41,057 nucleotides of DNA from a virus (lineage: Duplodnaviria; Caudoviricetes). Under the pieces are notes generated by a model, which worked only from the letters and a program-made list of their open reading frames with translations, did not search any database and was not told the DNA's origin. The translations under genes and the position numbers were made by a program. The stretch covers positions 1 through 41,057 of the IMG/VR virus record IMGVR_UViG_3300036804_000354. The stretch is one strand, 5' to 3'. Below, piece by piece: positions 1 to 7,484 of the stretch (the stretch's first letter is position 1; each line of letters begins with the position of its first letter).

Positions 1-330
1 ATGAGCAGAGATTACGAAGCTGATGTTATCGCGTATATCATGGAGCGATATCCAATCAGGAAGCGCTGGTTCAAACCGGACCTTAAACAGGTCACTAAAG
101 AATGGACTCTACAGGATGATTTCCAGTTTGTACCGGAAGATGCTCAAGACTTTCTTTTAGACCTGTTTGAAAAGTTTAACATTGAATATTCTAACTTTGA
201 TGGCAGGAATTACTTTGAGTACGAGTACCCATTCTGGCAAAAGAGACTATCACCAGAGCCAGAAATAAGGCCGCTTTCAGTCAACATGATTATCGAATCA
301 GCAAAGGCTGGGAAATGGCTTTATGACTGA
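1..330 (+). CDS. DUF1493 family protein
   Basis: 109 aa ending in the family-typical LSVNMIIESAKAGKWLYD; convergent with the tail operon, moron-like. Confidence 0.8.
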   Translation: MSRDYEADVIAYIMERYPIRKRWFKPDLKQVTKEWTLQDDFQFVPEDAQDFLLDLFEKFNIEYSNFDGRNYFEYEYPFWQKRLSPEPEIRPLSVNMIIESAKAGKWLYD

Positions 331-335
331 ATGCC

Positions 336-357
336 AAGTGGGGCAGTGCCCCACTTT
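336..357. terminator. Hairpin between convergent genes, probable bidirectional terminator
   Basis: AAGTGGGGCA-G-TGCCCCACTT inverted repeat between the DUF1493 stop and the gpD stop. Confidence 0.6.
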
Positions 358-385
358 ATTCTGATAAACCATGAGGAAATTACTG

Positions 386-1429
386 TCACTCCAGATCCAT
401 GCTGAGAGAAAACCCCTGCTCAGATAGACGGAAATCAAGCGATGCAATTTTCCACTCCCTGTCTTCCACGCTTCCGAACCCACTGGTGGTGATCTTCCCC
501 TCTGCCGTCATTGGCATCATTTCTGGCATTGCTGGCAGAACCAGGGACATTCCCGTCAGCTTTTTCGAACTGTGGGCACTACAACCACCAGCAACTATCC
601 GAGCACCTTCGATATCTTTCTGTGGCACAGGATAATGAGTAACCGGCTCGCCACTGCCTACCGTTAGCGTTTTTATTCTGCCGCTGTCTGCCATATCTTT
701 GTAGCTCACAACAACTGTTCCCTTCCCTGATTTGCTGCTGTCAGGGTGATCGCTGTTATCGTGGTAACGCCAGTTACTGCACATATCTGGAGTGATGGTT
801 CTATTCGGCAATGGCTGCCCGCTGACTGTGGTATCTGATCCCCGTGGCGTCAGCACCCAGTAATCATGCGTTACTTTGCTCACTGCGCCATACCGCGCCG
901 CGATGCGAGTTAGCAGGTTCATGTCGCTCTCTCCGACCTGGTCAATATGGGATATCTGCTGGCTGACCAATTTCGAATCAACCCTGCCGGTGAGCCCATA
1001 TTCTGAGGCAATAGAATTCACCAGATCTCCGAGCGTAATTCCGCTGTTAAACGAGCGTGTTTTCTGCGACTGCAATGTGCCGTGTCCGCGTTCGTTTGTC
1101 TTTGAAAAGGCTTTGGCGACAATCTCAACAACCCGTGGTTGAGATGAAGATCCACCAGAAGTGCGGGAGTCCACCACAAAGGTGCCTTTATTGACTAAGG
1201 TGCTGCCGAAGCCCAGCGCAATCGATATTTTCACCCCCTTTGCAGGTAATTTCATATCAGGTGAAACAACGGAAAAAGAAATCTGGTCACTTTGTTTGGA
1301 GCCAGCACCATAATCCTTTAACGTCAAATTAATGAGGTTTTCCCGAACAGCATCTGTAATGTCTTCACCTTCAACGTTGATCGTGATGTTTGGCTGCCAC
1401 GGCTGGCTACCAGTGTCGATGTACGGCAT
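386..1429 (-). CDS. P2 gpD-like baseplate hub (late control D family)
   Basis: 347 aa with the motif HIDQVGESDMNLLTRIAARYGA; last gene of the tail operon, after gpX. Confidence 0.9.
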   Translation of the reverse strand: MPYIDTGSQPWQPNITINVEGEDITDAVRENLINLTLKDYGAGSKQSDQISFSVVSPDMKLPAKGVKISIALGFGSTLVNKGTFVVDSRTSGGSSSQPRVVEIVAKAFSKTNERGHGTLQSQKTRSFNSGITLGDLVNSIASEYGLTGRVDSKLVSQQISHIDQVGESDMNLLTRIAARYGAVSKVTHDYWVLTPRGSDTTVSGQPLPNRTITPDMCSNWRYHDNSDHPDSSKSGKGTVVVSYKDMADSGRIKTLTVGSGEPVTHYPVPQKDIEGARIVAGGCSAHSSKKLTGMSLVLPAMPEMMPMTAEGKITTSGFGSVEDREWKIASLDFRLSEQGFSLSMDLE

Positions 1430-1432
1430 AAA

Positions 1433-1639
1433 TCAGTCCCACAATGAATTTTCGATTTTTTTCTCTGCCGGCTTCACTACAGGGAGAGTGAATGTGACGC
1501 CTGCATCAAATACTTCTGATGAGGTTAAGTCGTAGTTCTCCGTTGCATAAAGAACGGCTTCGAAGGTGTTATTGACTGCGGCATAATGCCGTGCGCATAT
1601 AATGTCTAACCGCTCTCCGTATTTGGTCGTATATTCCAC
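1433..1639 (-). CDS. Tail protein X (LysM-like)
   Basis: 68 aa; YTTKYGERLDIICARHY...FTLP...SLWD is typical of P2 gpX. Confidence 0.9.
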   Translation of the reverse strand: MEYTTKYGERLDIICARHYAAVNNTFEAVLYATENYDLTSSEVFDAGVTFTLPVVKPAEKKIENSLWD

Positions 1640-1669
1640 GGTTTACTCCAGATTATTTAAGGCTTTTTC

Positions 1670-1942
1670 ATGATGCGGTTTTCGGTTAGTGCGATAATTG
1701 GGATTGTAATTTTTTGTGCTTTTGAAATATGGTTCCAACAATCTCCAATGGAAGTAAGGCGCTTCATATTAGAGCACCTTAGAGACCTTCCAAATGGTAT
1801 GCCTAGATGGCTATTCACCCACACAGATAATATTGACCAGCTTGCCCACTATATGTTTGTGAGTGTTTCAGTTCTCGTGAGTATCATTGTTTTTGTGGTA
1901 TCGCAGGTTTTCCCAACAACAGAGACCACTATCGAGAATTGA
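1670..1942 (+). CDS. Small membrane protein (antisense moron within the tail operon)
   Basis: 90 aa with two hydrophobic segments, AT-rich, on the opposite strand between tape measure and gpX. Confidence 0.6.
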   Translation: MMRFSVSAIIGIVIFCAFEIWFQQSPMEVRRFILEHLRDLPNGMPRWLFTHTDNIDQLAHYMFVSVSVLVSIIVFVVSQVFPTTETTIEN

Positions 1943-2001
1943 CATCCCCCCCGCCCGAAGGACAGAGTTCTACGAGTCTCCAGGTGAATATCTATACGGG
2001 G

Positions 2002-3744
2002 TCAGAGCGAAGGGAGATCGAACGTCTCCCCACCGCCACCTGCACCCGAGGCTTGTGGGGTAGCACTATTGAAGGCATCGTAAATTCCCTGCCCAAACTC
2101 TTTTGGATCCTGACCGGGAAGTGTATTTACCGTGATGGCGACTTGATTAGTCTGCTGCGGCGCCAAACTCTTTGCTGATGGGATAGGCACACCAAACGTC
2201 TTATCGTCGAAAGTGATACCATCAGACACCCTGGCCTGGCTATGAGCATCTTTCCAGGCCTGCTCCCCTGCATTCGCTACACTTATCGACTCCTGATAAC
2301 CGAGCATATTTACGCCTTGTTTCTGCTCCTCGGCTTCGATAGCACGCTGTCGGGCCTCCTGTGCAGAGTCCATTTGTTCCGGCGTTCTTTCATCGTTTTC
2401 AGGCAGGATCGCATCAATCCATTTAACTATCGCTGAAACAGCCCGCCCAAAGGTCTCCAGACCATGAACCACCCTTTCTGGTCCACCATTTTTCACCCAT
2501 TCGGTGATGTCATTGACGATCAGCTGTTTATTGTTGCTGATCCACTGAGTGGCCTGCTGCTCCCACGCTTTTAACTGAGGTTCAAACGCTGCCCCAAGCT
2601 CACCGGCAATGCCCTGTAGCGCGGTTTCAGCCGACGTCCAGATGTTGCTGATCGTCTGGCTCGACTCTACCGCCCCCCTGGCCTCATCCTCAGAGATGTT
2701 ATTGAGGTCCGCAGCGTTATCCATCACCTCTTTATAGGATTTGCCGGTGTTCGCAATGTAGGTCATCAGCTTGTTGGCCTCGCCGCCCATCAGCTGATCG
2801 GCAAGTGATTCCCCCTGCTGCGCAGTCATGGATTTATTCTGGATCCCGACGCTAATGGCCTGCATGACCTTATCAAACTGCTGCTGTTTGGTCCCTTTCA
2901 GCTGCGTTTTGTTCATGCCAATCTGCGCAAGCAATGGGTTTAACGTTTTATCGTTCCCCTGCTCCCCCAGTTTGTTACTCAGCTCTTCCGACAAATCACC
3001 GTAATTTTCGCCATTGAGGCCAGCCTGTTCAGCCAGAATGCTGCCAGCTTTATAGCTCTTGAAAGACATGCCGTACTGTTTGGCAAGACGGTATTCTTCG
3101 GCTGTTTTCTTATTGAGCGCCAGCACCCCGCCAATAATACCGGCCCCCGCACCAAGGCCCAATTTCGCTATGGCAACAGGAGCACCAACAACCGCTTTAG
3201 CAGCGGCAAACGGCAGACCGCCTGCCATTGATAGCCCGGACTCCAGCATGTTGCCCGGTGCAGCTTTCGCTTTCCCCCAGGCGGTTTGCGATGGTGAAAG
3301 GAACGCATTTTTATAACGCTCATTCCGGGCCTGTTTACGCTTTTGCTTATCTGCCAGTTTGTTTTCGCGGTCCTGCTGCGAGTTAAGGCGGGATAGCGCA
3401 TGCTCTGCCCGTCCAATACCGGCGGCCACGCGCTGATATTCGCTCGCCAGCTCCGAGACATCTTTCCCGGCTTTGACACCGTCGCGGATCTGTTTCTCCA
3501 GCGCTGCCTGTTTTTTAACGAGGGTTTCGGTGGCCTTCTCCATCTTCTTAATCTGAGAAGTGGTGGTGGCTGAACCCTCTTTCATCTGCCGCATCCAGGC
3601 GGTTTGCGTTTTTGACGCCTTCTCCGACTCTTCGCTGATGTCGTCAATACCACGCGTTAGCTGTTTCAACGTACGCGCCATTGACGGATCGAGCGACGCC
3701 CCGAAGTTTATCGAGGCGTTAAACTTCTGCGATTTAGGTGCCAC
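2002..3744 (-). CDS. Tail tape measure protein
   Basis: 580 aa, helical and Ala/Gly-rich, directly after the tail chaperone; GTG start overlaps the frameshift extension. Confidence 0.85.
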   Translation of the reverse strand: MAPKSQKFNASINFGASLDPSMARTLKQLTRGIDDISEESEKASKTQTAWMRQMKEGSATTTSQIKKMEKATETLVKKQAALEKQIRDGVKAGKDVSELASEYQRVAAGIGRAEHALSRLNSQQDRENKLADKQKRKQARNERYKNAFLSPSQTAWGKAKAAPGNMLESGLSMAGGLPFAAAKAVVGAPVAIAKLGLGAGAGIIGGVLALNKKTAEEYRLAKQYGMSFKSYKAGSILAEQAGLNGENYGDLSEELSNKLGEQGNDKTLNPLLAQIGMNKTQLKGTKQQQFDKVMQAISVGIQNKSMTAQQGESLADQLMGGEANKLMTYIANTGKSYKEVMDNAADLNNISEDEARGAVESSQTISNIWTSAETALQGIAGELGAAFEPQLKAWEQQATQWISNNKQLIVNDITEWVKNGGPERVVHGLETFGRAVSAIVKWIDAILPENDERTPEQMDSAQEARQRAIEAEEQKQGVNMLGYQESISVANAGEQAWKDAHSQARVSDGITFDDKTFGVPIPSAKSLAPQQTNQVAITVNTLPGQDPKEFGQGIYDAFNSATPQASGAGGGGETFDLPSL

Positions 3745-4146
3745 TTGGCTTGCTCCGTTTTATCGCCTGTTTCAGATAGTACCGCCAGGTGCTCACTGGC
3801 AGCCCGAGCTGCTCAGTGAACGTTATGCGACACCAGTACGTGATCCCCGGCTGATTGTTCAGGAACTCTCTTTCTAGCGCTCCGCCGGAGGTAACAAAAA
3901 AGCGTTAAACGCCTCGGTCAGCTGTTCATAGTCATACGCCGGGAGCTTGTAGAGATCACCTGGATTTAGCCCACACAGCCCTGCAATCATCGTGACCTCT
4001 TTCTCCAGGGGAGCGCCTTTATTCTTCTCAAAAGCAAGTTTGTCGAACACGGTTGGTTCGCGCATCTCGATGGTTTCAACTTCTTTCTCGTTCAGTTTGA
4101 ACGGGCGGGACAACGTGATCAGGGTGGTATTAGCGGGATAAGACAT
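3734..4146 (-). CDS. Frameshifted chaperone E+E' (-1 programmed frameshift)
   Basis: Slippery TTTTTTG on the minus strand at 3895-3901. The -1 frame stays open (FVTSGGALEREFLNNQPGITYWCRITFTEQLGLPVSTWRYYLKQAIKRSKPSGT) to TAA ending at 3734. Confidence 0.85.
3874..4146 (-). CDS. Tail assembly chaperone (P2 gpE-like)
   Basis: 90 aa; ITLSRP...MREPTV...DYEQLTEAFNAFL, located between tube and tape measure. Confidence 0.9.
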   Translation of the reverse strand: MSYPANTTLITLSRPFKLNEKEVETIEMREPTVFDKLAFEKNKGAPLEKEVTMIAGLCGLNPGDLYKLPAYDYEQLTEAFNAFLLPPAER

Positions 4147-4164
4147 AAATACTCCGATAGAAAT

Positions 4165-4188
4165 AAAAATGGCGCCACGCGGGCGCCA
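4165..4188 (-). terminator. Intrinsic terminator after the tail tube gene
   Basis: TGGCGCC-CGCGT-GGCGCCA hairpin followed by TTTT on the minus strand. Confidence 0.55.
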
Positions 4189-4210
4189 GAGAAAGGTTAT
4201 TGAAAGCGGG

Positions 4211-4720
4211 TTACATCAGCAGAGCGTCTTTCTCATCTGCCAAAACGTTCACACCGTTAATGCTGCGGATCATGTTCGGCGGGTCAATCTCGTAGATCTC
4301 TTTCCCGTCGACCGTCAGCTTGTAATAGCCCAGGTTCATCGTGACCGACATACCCACGCTTTCCTTGCCGTCTGTACCGGCTTCGTCAGCGGTAATCGTG
4401 CCGACGATACCTTCCAGCTCATCCACGAACGTATGCAGCACACCGTCGGTGTCACGATAGGTTCGGCGGATCTGAACTCGCGCAGAGCTGCCTGGAATAA
4501 AGCCGAACATGCCCAATACGTCCGTGTCCGCACCGGTTTTAAATTCGGCCTGCATCGGTTCCATACCGGTATCAACCGGCGTGGCCATATCCTGCCAGGT
4601 CGGTTTATAGTTGCCGATTGTCGCGGTCATGGCGGGCGGCGTGAGTGACAGGACACCGGCCACACGGATGTTATTGCCGAGCCACAGCCCGGACTTTGAG
4701 TAGATAAAGCCTGTATTCAT
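4211..4720 (-). CDS. Major tail tube protein (P2 FII-like)
   Basis: 169 aa; YYKLTVDGKEIYEIDPPNMIRSINGVNVL; follows the sheath gene. Confidence 0.92.
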   Translation of the reverse strand: MNTGFIYSKSGLWLGNNIRVAGVLSLTPPAMTATIGNYKPTWQDMATPVDTGMEPMQAEFKTGADTDVLGMFGFIPGSSARVQIRRTYRDTDGVLHTFVDELEGIVGTITADEAGTDGKESVGMSVTMNLGYYKLTVDGKEIYEIDPPNMIRSINGVNVLADEKDALLM

Positions 4721-4732
4721 AATGCCTCCTTA

Positions 4733-6238
4733 TCAGGCCGCCAGATTGAATTCCTGCACGGTGTAGGTGTTGTCGATGGAGTACGTTGCGGTGATTTCTT
4801 CTGCCGGTGATTTAGGGCCAACCGCCACGTTGAAGTACACCTTGCCAGCCGCGAGTGATTCAGCGGTATTAAGGTCAGGATCCAGCCAGCAGCGCCCGCC
4901 GTTAATAACCCCGGCCTTGGTCTGCTGTCGCAGGTAGCTGTTCACCGAGCCCACAAGTGATGTCGCAAAGGCTTTATCAATCGGGCGATCGACATAGCTT
5001 TTAGTCACCATCAACTGGATCGAATCCTCGATAGCGTCCATCGTGCGGCGCACAGATTCGAAGCGGTATTGCGGGTCGTCGGTGCACAAGCGGTTGCCCC
5101 AGTGACGGTACGAATCCAGCATCACAATGGTGCTCACGTTCGCCTGGTTAAGCTGGTTAGCCACACAGGTTTCATCTCCAATAAGGAAGCTGTCTGTTTG
5201 TTCCAGTCCGGAGAAGCCGTAAACCTCATGGTTGGACTTCGACCACCAGTAGCCGTAGTCGTTATCGATGCGCACGCGGTGGCCTGCCGCTGCCGCTGAA
5301 TACGGGCGACTGTTGGTTTTGCCGGTGACGTCGCTGGTGACCATGATGCGCGGGCGCAAAATCTCAACGCGGGCGCCGTACATCTGCCCACGCCGGGCCA
5401 CGTCTTCTGGTGTCGCCATCGTGGGCGAATCCAGATAAGTGACAGCGCGACACAGGTTCGCAGTGCTTTCCAGCGCTTTGCCCACACCGTCGTCGGTGCT
5501 CCATTCCGGCGCAATGAGAATGCGCGGGTTATAGTTGAGCGTGGATTGTCCGAGTTTCAGCGCTTCAATCCCCCGGATAATCGCTGCACGTTGCAGGTCT
5601 TCCGATGGGATTTCAGGTACGCGAATAACGACAACAAGCGCACCAATCTGATTGAGGACGTCGTACATATCCGCGTAGAGCGTGCCGGCGTAGCCCAGTT
5701 TTTTTGCAGCGCTGCGACTGCCGGAAATGAGCGATGGCGTGAACAGTGGGAACGGTTCATTCTCACCACCAGTAAGCGCAGTTTTACCAAAAGGCAGCAT
5801 CACCCCAGCGCCAGTCATCCCGTCCGGTAACGCGGCAGTAATGCTGAGCTCAGCAAGCCCCGGATCCAGTTCGCTTACCGCGGCAACAACATCCTCCGCC
5901 GTGGCAGTGATAGCGCCATTACCGTCGGTACCGAGAATGATAGTCAGCAGATCATCTTCGAAGAATGCCTGCGTTTCCGCACCACCCGATGAGTCGGCTT
6001 CACCACTTGTCGCCAGCACCTTGAGTTGATTTCCCTCGGTACCATTCTGGCTCGCACTGAAAATTATCTGGTTGTTCAGCAGCGAACTGCCCGTCATGAG
6101 CGTTGCCACCACGCCACGTTCAGCCAGTGGCGCGGTGCCGACGATGCCAATCACCGACATATTGACGGTAGTGATCTGCTTTGTTGCGTTATCCGTCTCT
6201 TTCGTACGGGTGCCATGTAAATCCATACTATTCTCCAC
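4733..6238 (-). CDS. Tail sheath protein (P2 FI-like)
   Basis: 501 aa; VIGIVGTAP, PRILIAP, GYWWSKSN, YRHWGNR and FESVRRT motifs. Confidence 0.95.
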   Translation of the reverse strand: MENSMDLHGTRTKETDNATKQITTVNMSVIGIVGTAPLAERGVVATLMTGSSLLNNQIIFSASQNGTEGNQLKVLATSGEADSSGGAETQAFFEDDLLTIILGTDGNGAITATAEDVVAAVSELDPGLAELSITAALPDGMTGAGVMLPFGKTALTGGENEPFPLFTPSLISGSRSAAKKLGYAGTLYADMYDVLNQIGALVVVIRVPEIPSEDLQRAAIIRGIEALKLGQSTLNYNPRILIAPEWSTDDGVGKALESTANLCRAVTYLDSPTMATPEDVARRGQMYGARVEILRPRIMVTSDVTGKTNSRPYSAAAAGHRVRIDNDYGYWWSKSNHEVYGFSGLEQTDSFLIGDETCVANQLNQANVSTIVMLDSYRHWGNRLCTDDPQYRFESVRRTMDAIEDSIQLMVTKSYVDRPIDKAFATSLVGSVNSYLRQQTKAGVINGGRCWLDPDLNTAESLAAGKVYFNVAVGPKSPAEEITATYSIDNTYTVQEFNLAA

Positions 6239-6240
6239 AT

Positions 6241-6262
6241 AAAAAAACCCGCCGGAGCGGGT
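6241..6262 (-). terminator. Intrinsic terminator after the endolysin-lipoprotein cassette
   Basis: ACCCGCTCCGGCGGG followed by a T-run on the minus strand. Confidence 0.75.
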
Positions 6263-6285
6263 CTGTAGACTAAGGGGCTGGAGGG

Positions 6286-6462
6286 TTATTTCGTGTTGAC
6301 GTTACACTGGCTGTCGCGCTTGAGAGCCTGATCATCACTACACTGGATGTTGCCTTTGCGTTCGTCATGGCGGATGTACGTCAACACGTTGGAACATGCG
6401 ACGATCAGACAACACGCAATCAATGCTGCGCTGGCGGCGGCCACTTTCTTTGCTTTCTTCAC
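6286..6462 (-). CDS. Small putative lipoprotein (58 aa, not in the ORF track)
   Basis: GTG start overlaps the upstream TGA. Translation MKKAKKVAAASAALIACCLIVACSNVLTYIRHDERKGNIQCSDDQALKRDSQCNVNTK, with lipobox-like IVAC. Confidence 0.7.
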   Translation of the reverse strand: MKKAKKVAAASAALIACCLIVACSNVLTYIRHDERKGNIQCSDDQALKRDSQCNVNTK

Positions 6463-6638
6463 TTTAGTGCTTCCTTTTTACAAACTGAGCCATCGGTAAT
6501 CACAACGCTGTTCCCCAGGCTTTTCACACTGACAACCGGCGGGCAATCTTTACCAGCATTCCCGGCGCTATAACTGACCATCGTCGCTGAACAACCGCCC
6601 AGCAGCAGGCTTAACACCATCAAAAATAATGCTTTCAT
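6459..6638 (-). CDS. Small lipoprotein (59 aa)
   Basis: ATG at 6638 overlaps the endolysin TGA (ATGA). MKALFLMVLSLLLGGC lipobox, plus two further Cys. Confidence 0.75.
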   Translation of the reverse strand: MKALFLMVLSLLLGGCSATMVSYSAGNAGKDCPPVVSVKSLGNSVVITDGSVCKKEALK

Positions 6639-7471
6639 ACGCCGTAAATCTCCCGGTCGAGAGTGGCCCAGGTATCCTGTCCGCAAATCCCATCAACTTG
6701 CAGCAGGTTATCTGCCTGGAACGTCATAACGGCGTTCGCGGTGTCATTCCCGGCGATACCGTCAGCAGTAAGACCGAGCATCAGTTGCAGCTCTCGCACA
6801 TCGTCGCCGGTACTGCCATTTTTCACCGTGCTGCGGGAAATGCCCTGCCCGTGTGCCAGCGCCAGTGCCTCCTGTGTTTCTGTGGCATAGGCCGCGATAG
6901 TCTGTGCTTTGTCGGTACCATTGATGATCCGACGCGCGTTGACGTAATCAGTGGAAGTTTCGGTGAGATAGTCGCTGAGGCTCTTGCCGGTGAACCAGCC
7001 CTGCGACATGCCGACGATCGCCACCTGTGCAGCAATCCACGGGGTCATAGCCAGGTCAGGCTGCATCACCAGCGGCACATCGCACTTCATGGTCTGGAAG
7101 TTCACCACCTCGTCCTGCGATTTCTGGTAGTTATCTTTCCAGGTCAGCTGGACATAGCCGCGACCGTCGTAGATCTGCCCTGTTTCGGGGTCTGGCTCGC
7201 CGTATGAATGCCCCGCTCCTTTGCCATATTCCTCAATCGGCTGCATCGTGGCGGCGGTTTCGTGGTACGTGGTGGCAAGGATATAGGCCAGCCAGCTAAC
7301 CGGGATGCTCTTACCGAGCACGTTGTTGTAGATGAGATACGCAGCAGTGAAGCCGGACAGGCACTCTGTCTGCGTCTCATTCATTGAGCCATTAAACCAG
7401 ACGGCATTCATACGCGTCTGAAAAGCACGCAGGGAAAATCCTCGCGTGCGCGATTTTTTATGTCTGAACAT
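6635..7471 (-). CDS. Endolysin, GH19 (chitinase-like) with C-terminal peptidoglycan-binding domain
   Basis: AYILATTYHET, YDGRGYVQLTWKDNY and ARRIING motifs; C-terminal GSTGDDVRELQ...DGIAG...FQ...DGICGQDTW (PG_binding_1-like). Confidence 0.9.
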   Translation of the reverse strand: MFRHKKSRTRGFSLRAFQTRMNAVWFNGSMNETQTECLSGFTAAYLIYNNVLGKSIPVSWLAYILATTYHETAATMQPIEEYGKGAGHSYGEPDPETGQIYDGRGYVQLTWKDNYQKSQDEVVNFQTMKCDVPLVMQPDLAMTPWIAAQVAIVGMSQGWFTGKSLSDYLTETSTDYVNARRIINGTDKAQTIAAYATETQEALALAHGQGISRSTVKNGSTGDDVRELQLMLGLTADGIAGNDTANAVMTFQADNLLQVDGICGQDTWATLDREIYGV

Positions 7472-7484
7472 GAAAACTCCGAAG

